Assembly (NCBI GenBank): GCA_963768305.1
Contig: CAVYHE010000008.1
Span: 64,001 to 128,000, forward strand
Direction: 5' to 3'
From: an uncultured bacterium
GTDB lineage: Bacteria > Margulisbacteria > WOR-1 > CAVSGV01
Length of the DNA: 64,000 nt
Part shown: piece by piece, positions 1 through 10,050 of the stretch
Position numbering within the stretch: position 1 is the stretch's first letter
Layout: each line of letters starts with the position of its first letter
Notes under the pieces: model-generated
Database searches by the model: none
Seen by the model: the letters and a program-made list of their open reading frames with translations, nothing else
Told to the model about the DNA's origin: nothing
Made by a program: the position numbers and the translations under genes

Positions 1-1
1 G

Positions 2-112
2 CTGGATTCCCTGCTTTCGTTAAAAGACGGAGCTGACAAAGCGCAGATCGAAAAAGCAATGGCAGGACATATCATCTCGCAGGCAAGCCTGATCGGGCTG
101 TATAAAAAATAG
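2..112 (+). CDS. 3' end of a probable YbhB/YbcL (PEBP) family protein, truncated by window edge
   Basis: Own translation: LDSLLSLKDGADKAQIEKAMAGHIISQASLIGLYKK*, resembles YbhB/YbcL C-terminus. Confidence 0.65.
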   Translation: MDSLLSLKDGADKAQIEKAMAGHIISQASLIGLYKK

Positions 113-113
113 A

Positions 114-608
114 ATGGCGCAGGATTTTTCGTTCGATATTGTTTCAAAGATCAATCTCCAGGAACTGGACAATTCCATAAACATGTCCATGAAGGAGATC
201 TCGCAAAGGTTCGATTTCAAGGGAAGCGTAAGCAGCATAAAGAACGAAGAGAATAAAAAGCTGATCGTCGTGTCCGACGATGAATTCAAGCTGAAGAACG
301 TCATAGATATCCTCCAGAACAAGCTAGTGAAGCGCGGGATATCGCTTAAATTCCTGGAATACGGAAAGATCGAGTCCTCTCTCGGCGGCAGCGTGAAGCA
401 GGAAATAACCCTTAAGCAGGGCATACCGCAGGAAAAAGCAAAACAGATAAACAACATGATAAGGGACCAGAAGCTGAAAGTTCAGACGCAGATACAGGGC
501 GACCAGATAAGGGCCTCAAGCAAGAGCAAGGACGACCTTCAAGCCGTTATTCAGCTATTAAGGGCCGCAAACCTGGATATTGAGCTGCAATTCATTAATT
601 ATAGATAA
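114..608 (+). CDS. yajQ: YajQ family nucleotide/c-di-GMP-binding protein
   Basis: SFDIVS...RFDFKG...KVQTQIQGDQIR...LQFINYR. Confidence 0.95.
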   Translation: MAQDFSFDIVSKINLQELDNSINMSMKEISQRFDFKGSVSSIKNEENKKLIVVSDDEFKLKNVIDILQNKLVKRGISLKFLEYGKIESSLGGSVKQEITLKQGIPQEKAKQINNMIRDQKLKVQTQIQGDQIRASSKSKDDLQAVIQLLRAANLDIELQFINYR

Positions 609-626
609 AGCCCCCTAACTTCCTTA

Positions 627-655
627 TTGCCAAAAATACGGTTTTCGTGTATAAT
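627..655 (+). promoter_or_regulatory. sigma70-type promoter of rplU
   Basis: TTGCCA-17nt-TATAAT, 9 nt before ATG at 665. Confidence 0.65.
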
Positions 656-664
656 TGCCGACCT

Positions 665-985
665 ATGTACGCAATAATAGAAACAGGCGGAAAACAATAC
701 AAGGTGGAGAAAGGCCTGGAAATGGACGTGGAGCTTCTTGCCGATAAAAAAGCGGGCGACGCGGTAAAGTTCGATAAGGTCCTTATGCTCGGCAATAAAG
801 GAAAGATAGAAGTAGGCGAGCCATACATAAAGGACGCCCATGTGGACGCCAAAGTCGTATCCATCGGCAAGGACAAGAAAGTCACCTCTTTCAAATTCAA
901 GAGGAAAACGAATTATCACAGGACCATAGGCCACAGGCAGATATACACCAGAGTCAAGATCGAATCCATTAAAGGAGAAGCGTAA
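665..985 (+). CDS. rplU: 50S ribosomal protein L21
   Basis: [14 protein letters not shown]...GHRQIYT; start moved to ATG 665. Confidence 0.97.
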   Translation: MYAIIETGGKQYKVEKGLEMDVELLADKKAGDAVKFDKVLMLGNKGKIEVGEPYIKDAHVDAKVVSIGKDKKVTSFKFKRKTNYHRTIGHRQIYTRVKIESIKGEA

Positions 986-1221
986 TGGCGCATAAAAAAG
1001 GCGGCGGATCCACAAGGAACGGCCGCGATTCGAATTCGCAGAGGCTTGGAGTGAAGTCCTTCGGCGGACAGACCGTAACGGCCGGCAGCATCATAATCAG
1101 GCAGCGCGGGCTGAAATTCTCTCCAGGCAGGAACGTCGGGCTCGGCCGCGACGACACCCTTTTTGCCAAGGCTGACGGAAAGATACTGTTCCACGGCTCA
1201 AAAGTAAGCGTCATCCCCTAA
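985..1221 (+). CDS. rpmA: 50S ribosomal protein L27
   Basis: [16 protein letters not shown]. Confidence 0.98.
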   Translation: MAHKKGGGSTRNGRDSNSQRLGVKSFGGQTVTAGSIIIRQRGLKFSPGRNVGLGRDDTLFAKADGKILFHGSKVSVIP

Positions 1222-1248
1222 CCGGCAACTTCGGAACGATCAGATCAT

Positions 1249-2238
1249 ATGCCCTTCATAGACGAAGCCCTTATCACTATTAAAGCCGGAGACGGCGGGG
1301 ACGGCTGCGTATCTTTTCGCAGAGAAAAATTCATCCCGAAAGGCGGACCTGACGGCGGAAACGGCGGGCGCGGCGGCGACATTATAATAACTTCTGATTC
1401 GCATCTTAGAACTCTCCTTGATTTCAGATATAAAAAGAATTACGAAGCTGGAAAAGGCGCGCCCGGAGAAGGCTACAGAAAAACCGGAAAAGACGGGCAG
1501 CCTTTAACGATAAAAGTCCCTTGCGGAACACAGATATTTGACGCGAACACCGGCGAACTTATTGTTGACCTGTTAAACGACGGGCAAAAGATATTGATCG
1601 CCCGCGGCGGCGACGGCGGATTCGGCAACGACCATTACAAATCTTCCACGAACCAGGCGCCGAGAAAAGCGCTATCCGGCTGGCCCGGCGAAGAAAAAAT
1701 CTTAAAACTTGAGCTGAAACTGCTCGCCGATGTCGGGCTTGTCGGATGCCCGAACGCGGGAAAATCATCATTGATATCGATAATATCGGCGGCTCATCCG
1801 AAGATAGCGCCCTACCCTTTCACGACGAAAGAACCTAATCTCGGGATAGTGAAAGTTGACGAGTTCGAAAGCTTTGTCGCGGCGGATATTCCGGGATTTC
1901 TTGAAGGCGCGCACAAAGGAGTGGGCCTGGGCGATAAATTCCTGAAGCATATCGAGCGGACCCGAGTACTCATACATATAATAGACGCCGCGGGGGTGGA
2001 CGGACGGCGTCCCATCGACGATTACGCCACTATTAACAAGGAGCTTGCCGAATACAGCCGGCATCTGATCGATCTGCCCCGGATCGTGGCTTTGAATAAG
2101 ATTGACCTTCTGGAAGCTAAAAAGAACCTGAAAGAGTTCGACAAGCAAAAGATCGAATATATCCCGATATCCTGCGCGACAAAAGAAGGCGTTCAGCTTC
2201 TGGTTTACAAGGCGGCGGAGATGCTGAGGGCGAAATAG
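1249..2238 (+). CDS. obgE: GTPase Obg/CgtA (no C-terminal extension)
   Basis: Gly-rich Obg fold, GCPNAGKSS, YPFTT, DIPG, NKID. Confidence 0.97.
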   Translation: MPFIDEALITIKAGDGGDGCVSFRREKFIPKGGPDGGNGGRGGDIIITSDSHLRTLLDFRYKKNYEAGKGAPGEGYRKTGKDGQPLTIKVPCGTQIFDANTGELIVDLLNDGQKILIARGGDGGFGNDHYKSSTNQAPRKALSGWPGEEKILKLELKLLADVGLVGCPNAGKSSLISIISAAHPKIAPYPFTTKEPNLGIVKVDEFESFVAADIPGFLEGAHKGVGLGDKFLKHIERTRVLIHIIDAAGVDGRRPIDDYATINKELAEYSRHLIDLPRIVALNKIDLLEAKKNLKEFDKQKIEYIPISCATKEGVQLLVYKAAEMLRAK

Positions 2239-2242
2239 GGCT

Positions 2243-2998
2243 TCACTTTATCAGTTCCCGTACCATTTCTTCCATCCTCTTTGCGGCCATATTAACATCA
2301 ATAAAACCGGGACTCGTGAACATCATGATGATCTTGCTTGTTTCGGCCATTCTTATTATTTTTTCTTTCATAATGTCCCATTCGCTCTTTGCCTTTCCAA
2401 AAGAATTATAGCCAAAAATATCCAGGTCCAAACTGATCACCCTTGAGTTCGCCCTGCCGGTTCTGTCAGCCCAGCGTGTCAATGGGGATATCCCGGAAAA
2501 TCTCATTCCCCGCCAATCAACGGCTTTCTCCCCTTTTTTGAGATCATCGTGGAGGAACCTGAATGTCATGTTCGGATATAAACGCGCTACGGCGGTCATG
2601 AAATTCGCGACTGTGATCCCGTGCCGGAAAACCTTTGGCCATAATTCCCATTCAAGATACTTGCGAACAGTTTTAGTGCTTGAAGCGGGCGATAAATTTA
2701 TCCGGCCGCCGAAAAAATTATTGTCCGGATGCACATTCCGGTCGATATGAAGCCATTCTTCGTTCCCTTTTAAATTGCCAAGATCTCTCTCCAGTAAAGA
2801 GAAGAACACGCTGGCATGATGATCCGTCCCAAGATAGATCGACTTGGAAGGCGTTGATATCTTAACAAAGATCTTGTTCGATATAACATAGGATCGCCCC
2901 AATATATTCAGGTTGCATTCTTCGCGTGAGACGCATTTCCTGTTCCTCTGCAAAGGGAAATTATATCTCGCGCTTTTGACATCTATTTTTATGCTCAC
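2243..2998 (-). CDS. Orphan hypothetical protein (251 aa)
   Basis: ORF exactly fills the gap between obg and proB; no recognisable family. Confidence 0.7.
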   Translation of the reverse strand: MSIKIDVKSARYNFPLQRNRKCVSREECNLNILGRSYVISNKIFVKISTPSKSIYLGTDHHASVFFSLLERDLGNLKGNEEWLHIDRNVHPDNNFFGGRINLSPASSTKTVRKYLEWELWPKVFRHGITVANFMTAVARLYPNMTFRFLHDDLKKGEKAVDWRGMRFSGISPLTRWADRTGRANSRVISLDLDIFGYNSFGKAKSEWDIMKEKIIRMAETSKIIMMFTSPGFIDVNMAAKRMEEMVRELIK

Positions 2999-3004
2999 GT
3001 ATGT

Positions 3005-3032
3005 TTATCGTGAAAAAAACCGGTAAATTTCA
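3005..3032 (-). promoter_or_regulatory. sigma28-like promoter of orphan gene
   Basis: TGAAATTT-12nt-CACGATAA on minus strand; same motif at 44668 and 57376. Confidence 0.6.
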
Positions 3033-3088
3033 TTTTCCTCCTTGTTTCCCTTGCCTCAATTACTCCTTTCCTTTATAATCACCTCACG

Positions 3089-3850
3089 ATGAGCAAGTTC
3101 AAAACCATAGTCGTCAAGATAGGCAGCTCCACCCTCACGAACAAAGCCGGCAACCTTGACACCGCCAATCTGAAGAGGATAGCGGCTGAAATATCGGAAA
3201 TGACCGCGTCAAAGAAAAAGGTCATCATTGTCACATCCGGCGCCATAGTTTCCGGAAGAGAGCGGCTGAATTTAAAGAAAATAAACGGCTCCATCCCCGA
3301 AAAACAGGCCGCCGCGGCTGTCGGCCAGAGCATATTGATGAGAGAATACGCCAAAGCTTTTGACGAACACGGTATCACCGTCGCCCAAATATTATTAACA
3401 AGGGACGAGATATCCAACAAGGCAAGGTCATTGAATACCAGCAACGCGCTCACAAAACTCCTTGAACTTGGAGTGATCCCTATCGTCAATGAGAACGATA
3501 CTGTTTCCGTGGAAGAAATAAAGATCGGTGATAACGACACATTATCCGCCCTGGTGGCAAGCCTTGTCGGCGCGGACCTTTTGATAATGTTGACCGATGT
3601 GGATGGTTTCATGATGGGATCCCGGGTTGTCCATGAAATAAAAGAGATCACAAAGGAAGTCATGGACGCGGCAGGCCATTCATCTTCCGATAAGGGTGTG
3701 GGCGGAATGGTGACAAAAATAAAGGCCGCCGAGATATGTTCCGGATCCGGCATCACCACCGCAATTGCGAACGGAAGGACCGCCGGTGTGATGGAGAAGA
3801 TAATTTCAGGCGAGCAAGTCGGGACTGTTTTCTTAAAAGGATCGAAATGA
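3089..3850 (+). CDS. proB: Glutamate 5-kinase (no PUA domain)
   Basis: VVKIGSS, VTSGA, NENDTV, GDNDTL, GGMVTK. Confidence 0.96.
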   Translation: MSKFKTIVVKIGSSTLTNKAGNLDTANLKRIAAEISEMTASKKKVIIVTSGAIVSGRERLNLKKINGSIPEKQAAAAVGQSILMREYAKAFDEHGITVAQILLTRDEISNKARSLNTSNALTKLLELGVIPIVNENDTVSVEEIKIGDNDTLSALVASLVGADLLIMLTDVDGFMMGSRVVHEIKEITKEVMDAAGHSSSDKGVGGMVTKIKAAEICSGSGITTAIANGRTAGVMEKIISGEQVGTVFLKGSK

Positions 3851-5094
3851 GCGAAGTTATAGAAAAAGCTAAAAAAGCGAAAGAAGCGTCCTTCAAGCTT
3901 GCTAACATAAGCACTGCGATAAAGAACAAGGCGCTCATCAACATGGCGAAAGCCATCTCCTCCGGCGCAAAAGACATAATAGAAGCGAACAAGCTGGACC
4001 TGGAGATCGCATACAAAAAAAACACCGGTTCGACAATGGTTGACCGGCTCGCTCTTGACGGAGGAAGGATAGACGATATCATCGAAAGCCTTAACATCGT
4101 GCGCGATCTTCCCGACCCTATCGGAAGAATAATCGCAAAATGGAGAAGACCGAACGGCCTCACGATAATGAAGAGACGGGTCCCGCTCGGGGTGATCGGC
4201 ATAGTTTATGAAGCGCGCCCGAATGTGACAGTTGATACCGCTTCGCTCTGCCTGAAAGCCGGCAACGCGGTAATTTTGAGAGGCGGATCTGATGCTATTA
4301 ACTCGAATCTTATACTTGCGAAGCTGATATCTGAAGCCGCCGTCAGCGCCGGCGTTCCAGATGGAGCTATCAGCATCATCGAGAACACAGAAAGGGAATC
4401 CGTGACTGAGCTTCTTTCGTTGAATAAATTCATCGACGTGATAATCCCCCGGGGCGGAGCCGGACTGATAAAACATACCATAGAAAACTCGACGATCCCC
4501 GTGATAGAGACCGGCGAAGGAAACTGCCACGCCTACGTGGAAAAGACAGCCGACCTGAAAAAAGCGGTGGAGATAGTTTACAACGCGAAAGTGAGCAGGC
4601 CTTCGGTCTGCAACGCCATAGAGACCCTGCTTGTGGACGAAGCTATCGCGAAAGAATTCCTGCCGATGGTTTTTGAGCGCCTTAAAGAAGCCCATGTGGA
4701 GCTGAGAGGCGACGCGGCGGCAAAAGCGATAGACCCGACGATAAAATCGGCGACGGAAGAAGACTGGAGAACGGAATACCTTGCGCTTATCCTGGCGGTA
4801 AAGGTAGTATCGGGTGTAGATGAAGCCGTGAAACATATCAACACTTACGGGACAAAACATTCTGAAACGATAATCACGCGCGACAGGAAAGCGGCGAAGA
4901 TATTTACGGATGAAGCGGATTCCGCCGCGGTTTACGTGAACGCGTCCACGCGGTTCACCGACGGCGGGGAATTCGGGTTCGGCGCCGAAATAGGCATATC
5001 CACGCAGAAACTCCACGCGAGAGGCCCCATGGGACTGAACGAATTAACATCATATAAATACATAGTGATCGGAAACGGTCAGGTCAGGAAATAA
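3847..5094 (+). CDS. proA: Glutamate-5-semialdehyde dehydrogenase
   Basis: YEARPNVT, CNAIET, VNASTRFTDGGEFG, KLHARGPMGL; start ATG 3847 overlaps proB stop. Confidence 0.97.
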   Translation: MSEVIEKAKKAKEASFKLANISTAIKNKALINMAKAISSGAKDIIEANKLDLEIAYKKNTGSTMVDRLALDGGRIDDIIESLNIVRDLPDPIGRIIAKWRRPNGLTIMKRRVPLGVIGIVYEARPNVTVDTASLCLKAGNAVILRGGSDAINSNLILAKLISEAAVSAGVPDGAISIIENTERESVTELLSLNKFIDVIIPRGGAGLIKHTIENSTIPVIETGEGNCHAYVEKTADLKKAVEIVYNAKVSRPSVCNAIETLLVDEAIAKEFLPMVFERLKEAHVELRGDAAAKAIDPTIKSATEEDWRTEYLALILAVKVVSGVDEAVKHINTYGTKHSETIITRDRKAAKIFTDEADSAAVYVNASTRFTDGGEFGFGAEIGISTQKLHARGPMGLNELTSYKYIVIGNGQVRK

Positions 5095-5095
5095 C

Positions 5096-5713
5096 TTGCA
5101 GCGCATCGGAATAATGGGAGGCACTTTCAATCCCGTCCACAAGGGGCATATCGCCATAGCCGAAGCCGCGAAAAAGAATTTCTTCCTGGATAAAGTGATA
5201 TTTGTCCCTTCCGGCCATCCCCCTCACAAGACGCAGGAATACATAGCTCCGAAAGAGGACCGGTTCAAAATGGTGAAGTTGGCGATCGCCGGCAGAAAAG
5301 ATTTTTATATCTCCCGCGTTGAGATAGACAGGACAGGATATTCTTATGCCGTGGACACTTTCAAGGCTTTGAAAAAAGAGTACAAAGGGAAAGCCGTTCT
5401 CTACTATATAATGGGCATGGATTCCATAAACGAGATCCTCTCCTGGAAGAAGCCGCTGGAGCTGTTCAAGATATGCCAGTTCATAGTCGCGACAAGACAG
5501 GGCGCGAGGATAAGGACGATGAAGCGGATACTGAAATTCCCGCCGCTTAATTTGAACGCGAACAGCATTCACCTGATAGAGGTCAAAGCGGATGTTTCAT
5601 CCACAAAGATAAGGGATTCCATCAAAAAAGGAATGATCCCCGCAAAGTTGATGGACAGCAAGGTCGCCAACTACATAAAGAAGAATAAACTGTATGAATA
5701 TTCCGGAACATAA
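5096..5713 (+). CDS. nadD: Nicotinate-nucleotide adenylyltransferase
   Basis: GGTFNPVHKGH, VSSTKIR. Confidence 0.95.
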   Translation: MQRIGIMGGTFNPVHKGHIAIAEAAKKNFFLDKVIFVPSGHPPHKTQEYIAPKEDRFKMVKLAIAGRKDFYISRVEIDRTGYSYAVDTFKALKKEYKGKAVLYYIMGMDSINEILSWKKPLELFKICQFIVATRQGARIRTMKRILKFPPLNLNANSIHLIEVKADVSSTKIRDSIKKGMIPAKLMDSKVANYIKKNKLYEYSGT

Positions 5714-6950
5714 ACAAACGGTCCTGAAGAACGGCATAACACTTCTAACGGAGACCATGGAAGATGTCCGCTCCGTCGCGATGGGCATTATAGTTGGCGC
5801 GGGGTCGGGCCTGGAGCAGGACCCCATAGCCGGCATCTCGCATTTCATAGAGCATATGGCGTTCAAGGGGACATTGAAAAGATCGGCATTTGATATAGCG
5901 TCCGAGCTTGACGCGGTGGGCGGTAAAATGAACGCGTACACAAGCAAAGAGCTTACCACGTATTATGCCGTGACATTGGACAAACATATCAATATCGCCG
6001 CTGACGTTCTATCCGATATTTTCCTTAACTCCGTTTATGACGCCAAGGAAATGGAGCTGGAAAAAGGCGTTATCGTAGAGGAAATAAAAATGTACGAGGA
6101 CACCCCCGACGAGCTTATCCACGACTTTTTCATGGAAACTATCTTTCACGGGCATCCGCTGGGCAGGCCGACCATCGGGCATGAAGGAAGCGTCAGGTCC
6201 ATCGATAGGAAACAAATGCTTGATTACATAAAAGAAAATTACACTCCTGATAATGTGATCGTCGCGCTTGCAGGCAATATAGATCATCAAGATGCGGTGA
6301 AACTTATCGAGCCGGCGTTCTCGGTGATGAAAGGCAAGTTCCCTGCCTCAAAAAGGGTCCCGCCGACGATAAAGAAAGCCGTGAAATTGAAATATAAAAA
6401 GACCGAGCAGGTCCACATGTGCCTGGGAACAAAAGGCCCCTCCCAGACAGACGAGGACAGGTACGCTTTCTCGATACTTGATACGGTGCTGGGAGGGAGC
6501 ATGAGCTCCCGGCTGTTCCAGGAGATAAGGGAAAAAAGAGGGCTGGCATACGCGATATATTCGTACAACGGCGCGCTTAAAGACTGCGGGCTTTATGTTG
6601 TTTATGCCGGAACAAGCAAGGAAAATTTCCGCAAAGTCGTGGACCTGACCATCGAAGAGTTCAACAAGATAAAGAAGAGCGGGATAACAAAAGAGGAAAT
6701 GGAAAGGTCAAAGGAACATCTTAAGGGCTCGCTTGTCCTGGGGCTTGAATCCACATCGAGCAGGATGAGCTACCTGGCAAAGTCGCAGTTCTATTTCGGA
6801 AGGATAATAACTGTCGATGAGATATTCCGGAAAGTCGACAGCCTGACGCTGGATGATATAATGGCCGCGGCAAATAAATATCTGAAGGACGAATATCTGA
6901 CGCTCACCGCGATCGGAGATATTACGGAAAAGGAGATGCCGCAGGTATGA
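5694..6950 (+). CDS. M16 family zinc peptidase
   Basis: HFIEH (HxxEH), NAYTSKE, SSRLFQEIREKRGLAY. Confidence 0.93.
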   Translation: MNIPEHKQTVLKNGITLLTETMEDVRSVAMGIIVGAGSGLEQDPIAGISHFIEHMAFKGTLKRSAFDIASELDAVGGKMNAYTSKELTTYYAVTLDKHINIAADVLSDIFLNSVYDAKEMELEKGVIVEEIKMYEDTPDELIHDFFMETIFHGHPLGRPTIGHEGSVRSIDRKQMLDYIKENYTPDNVIVALAGNIDHQDAVKLIEPAFSVMKGKFPASKRVPPTIKKAVKLKYKKTEQVHMCLGTKGPSQTDEDRYAFSILDTVLGGSMSSRLFQEIREKRGLAYAIYSYNGALKDCGLYVVYAGTSKENFRKVVDLTIEEFNKIKKSGITKEEMERSKEHLKGSLVLGLESTSSRMSYLAKSQFYFGRIITVDEIFRKVDSLTLDDIMAAANKYLKDEYLTLTAIGDITEKEMPQV

Positions 6951-7398
6951 GCGCAAGACCAAAGGTGAAAATATTGAGACTTCCGCACGGAGAGGGCGTT
7001 CCCCTTCCCAAATACATGAGCCACGCTGCTTCCGGAATGGACATTTATGCCGCAGTTGAAGGCGAATTGTGATGAAGCCGGGAGAGAGAAAGCTGATACC
7101 GACAGGGTTCAAAATGGCTTTGCCTGAGGGTTACGAAGCTCAGGTCCGCCCGAGGTCAGGTTTGGCAATAAAGAACGGGATCTCAGTTCTTAATACGCCG
7201 GGAACTATCGATGAGGATTACCGCGGCGAGGTGGGAGTTATACTGGTCAATCTTGGAAGCGAAGCGTTCACCGTAAAGCGCGGCGACCGCATAGCGCAGA
7301 TGGTGATAAAGAAAGTGGAACAGGCGGATATAGAGGAAGTTGAAAGCCTTTCCGAAACGCATCGAAGCTCTGGCGGATTCGGCCACACGGGGGTATAA
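6947..7398 (+). CDS. dut: dUTP diphosphatase (frameshift near 7070)
   Basis: N-part [13 protein letters not shown] from ATG 6947; C-part [24 protein letters not shown]. Confidence 0.93.
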
Positions 7399-7405
7399 TT
7401 ACATC

Positions 7406-8206
7406 ATGATAAAAATATTGATAAGCGGCGCGGCGGGAAAAATGGGCAGCGAGGTCATAAAGGCGATCAAAAAAGAAAATGACATGAAGCTTGTCGCGGC
7501 CGTTGATATCGCGCAGGTCGGGATCGATGCGGGCGAGGACGCGGGAATAGGCCCGCTCGGAGTCGAGATATCAAAGGACCTGAAATCAGCGATAAGAGAC
7601 TCAAAACCCGATATTGCCATAGATTTCACGCATCCGAACATCGCAATGGCGAACGCAAAGATCATCCTTGAATCCGGCGTCCACGCGGTGATCGGCACGA
7701 CCGGATTGTCCGAGGATGACCTGGATGAGATAAAAAAACTATGCGCAAAGAACAAGGTAAACTGCATCGTGGCTCCCAATTTCGCGATCGGCGCAGTCCT
7801 TATGATGATGTTCTCGAAAACCGCCGCAAAATACATGCCGAACGTGGAAATAATCGAGATGCATCACGACAAAAAAGCGGATTCCCCTTCCGGAACGGCC
7901 ATCAAGACGGCTGAGTTGATACTTCAATCCGAAGCAGCGAAAGGTCTGAATAAAGGCAAAGTTTCTGAGATAGAGAAACTTGACGGCGCGAGCGGCGGGA
8001 GCCTGGACGGCATCCACATCCACAGCGTGCGGCTGCCGGGTTTTGTCGCATCCCAGGAAGTGATATTCGGCGGCTTGGGCCAGACGTTAAAGATAAGGCA
8101 CGACTCGATATCAAGGGAATCTTTCATGCCGGGCGTGATCATGGCCGTTAGAAAGATAAAGTCCCTGAACGGCCTTGTTTACGGACTCGAAAATCTGCTT
8201 TCATAG
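7406..8206 (+). CDS. dapB: 4-hydroxy-tetrahydrodipicolinate reductase
   Basis: GAAGKMG, IGTTG, EMHHDKKADSPSGTA. Confidence 0.96.
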   Translation: MIKILISGAAGKMGSEVIKAIKKENDMKLVAAVDIAQVGIDAGEDAGIGPLGVEISKDLKSAIRDSKPDIAIDFTHPNIAMANAKIILESGVHAVIGTTGLSEDDLDEIKKLCAKNKVNCIVAPNFAIGAVLMMMFSKTAAKYMPNVEIIEMHHDKKADSPSGTAIKTAELILQSEAAKGLNKGKVSEIEKLDGASGGSLDGIHIHSVRLPGFVASQEVIFGGLGQTLKIRHDSISRESFMPGVIMAVRKIKSLNGLVYGLENLLS

Positions 8207-8673
8207 ATGCCCCGCTATAAAAAGGTCCTATCTGAGAACCGCAAAGCTTTCTTCGATTACGCGATAATCGAAACTTATCAGGCAGGGATCTCTCTTAAAG
8301 GTACGGAAGTCAAATCGATAAGGATGGGAAAAGTTAATCTTAAGGACAGTTTTGCCCGCATCGACAAGGGCGAAATATGGCTTTACAACATGCACGTAAG
8401 CCCTTACGAACAGGGCGGGAGATACAACCTGAACCCCATAAGGGAGCGAAAGCTGCTCATGAACCGCAACGAAATGAACAAGCTTATCGGCCGCGTGCAA
8501 GAAAAAGGTTTAACTTTGATACCCCTTAAGCTATACTTGATGGACAACTGGGTGAAAGTGGACTTGCCCTCGCAAAGTCAAAAAAGCAGTTCGAAAAACG
8601 GGAGAAGATCAAGAAAAAAGAGACGGCAAGGGAGATGGAGAGGGCTTTATCGGCCCGCTTAAAGAAAAAATGA
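8207..8673 (+). CDS. smpB: SsrA-binding protein (frameshift near 8568)
   Basis: [21 protein letters not shown]-tail [21 protein letters not shown] in shifted frame ending TGA 8673. Confidence 0.95.
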
Positions 8674-8866
8674 ACGGAATAAATAAAACTTCAACTGCAC
8701 AGTCCGGGAAGCAATACACGATCAAGGACCTTGTGGATGCGACTAAAAACCATGCTGAATGACAATAATATTGTGCAAAAATTCCCCCAAGGAAAAACGG
8801 AATAAAGCCGTGAACGACCTTGCAATGATACTTGTCCGAAGCGCATTGGACAAAAAGAACATTTAG
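8670..8866 (+). CDS. Possible small hypothetical protein (frameshifted)
   Basis: ATG overlaps smpB stop; short joined frames end ...KAVNDLAMILVRSALDKKNI*. Confidence 0.3.
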
Positions 8867-8923
8867 TTCCAAGTCTTGCCTTCGCTCATATTATTATATA
8901 TAATTCCCCCGAGGTAAAAAACA

Positions 8924-9382
8924 ATGGTGAACCAGATCCCGCCTTCAAAATTTACGCCGCCTGTCCCGCCGGTGCCGCCCAAAAAAGAGGGAAAGACCGA
9001 GGCTGAGGCAGTTCGTCCCGGCATGTCTCTTCCAAAAGGCGCCGAAAAAGGGATTTTAGCGCTTGATTCGCACGCGATGGCCGTGCGCTTTGCCGCTCTT
9101 GCCGCGGAAGCGAAAGAAAAAGAGCTTTCGATGGCGCAAATAATCGAGCGCGTGATCGAAGAAACGGGGATGACAAATCCCCAGGCCGCCATGGAAGAAG
9201 TGAACAAAAGGCTGCAGAAAGAGATAGACGCGGTTTTGGATGAAATAAAGAGCAATAAAGAGCTGATGGAAGAAGCGGAAGCCTGGGAAGCATTGGGCGA
9301 CCTTCTGGAAAGCAACCTGTCGCCCGAACAGGCGCAAGCCTTCGTTGCCCTCGTTGAAGATCACATTAAAGAGATGAAGTAA
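8924..9382 (+). CDS. Hypothetical helical protein with Pro-rich N-terminus
   Basis: GAGGT SD upstream, 152-aa ORF. Confidence 0.75.
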   Translation: MVNQIPPSKFTPPVPPVPPKKEGKTEAEAVRPGMSLPKGAEKGILALDSHAMAVRFAALAAEAKEKELSMAQIIERVIEETGMTNPQAAMEEVNKRLQKEIDAVLDEIKSNKELMEEAEAWEALGDLLESNLSPEQAQAFVALVEDHIKEMK

Positions 9383-9401
9383 ACTCAAGTTTCGAAGCTA
9401 T

Positions 9402-9759
9402 GGGGGTGTAAGGGTTTTGACGGGAAAGCGGATGCGGGGAACGCGAGCCAAGGATGACAATGACCTTGTAAAAATGTTGTCAAAACACAAACGCAAATCA
9501 ATTTGAATTTGCATTTGCTGCCTAATAAATAACGGCGGCATCGCCTCTTAAGTCCGTTCCGGTCGGGTTTGAGAAGGTGTTATAATACCGGATACTTTTC
9601 TGCCCTGTTTGCGGGACAGATAGGGAATTTTTTCACAGACTAACTTGAGATCCGCCCCGCCTAGGGCGAAGGCTCGGGTGAAAATCAATATTTAGGATAC
9701 GCTCGTAGTGGTCTCTGCCGAAACTTTTTCGGACGTGGGTTCGAATCCCACCACCTCCA
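9402..9759 (+). ncRNA. ssrA: tmRNA; tag peptide ANQFEFAFAA*
   Basis: 5' GGGGGTG..TTTTGACGGG; tag ORF 9493-9525; 3' GGACGTGGGTTCGAATCCCACCACCTCCA; close to smpB; CCA not encoded. Confidence 0.95.
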
Positions 9760-9799
9760 TTTATAATTCTAATTTTTGTTGTTCCAGTTAATATGGCGT

Positions 9800-9977
9800 A
9801 ACATAAAGTCCCACGTCCGGGGAAAAAGTGGGAGGCTCCGCCGAGCTTATCGAGGCGGAGGGAGAAAAAACGGGAGTTTTTTCTCCGGGGGAGCAGCCCC
9901 GAGCGAAGTCGAGGGGCGTTGAAGGGGGCGAAGCCCCCTCAAAGAGGACGGGGGTTCGACTCCGGTCACCTCCACCA
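9800..9977 (+). other. Hairpin chain ending in a second tmRNA-like 3' end with CCA
   Basis: 4-5 consecutive inverted repeats then GGACGGGGGTTCGACTCCGGTCACCTCCACCA. Confidence 0.7.
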
Positions 9978-10050
9978 AACTATAGTTGCGCGCCCTGTTT
10001 TCGCTATAAGCCGGTTGCAAATCGCCTTCATGGGGGCATAATTCCGCCAA

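Noticed and set aside
3079..5016. 645-aa minus-strand ORF and similar shadow ORFs (e.g. 37369-38340, 22431-22859)
   Set aside because: Antisense to well-supported genes, with no recognisable motifs.
9900..9977. Complete tRNA gene
   Set aside because: Only a T-loop and acceptor 3' strand; no D or anticodon arm, and the T-stem is imperfect.
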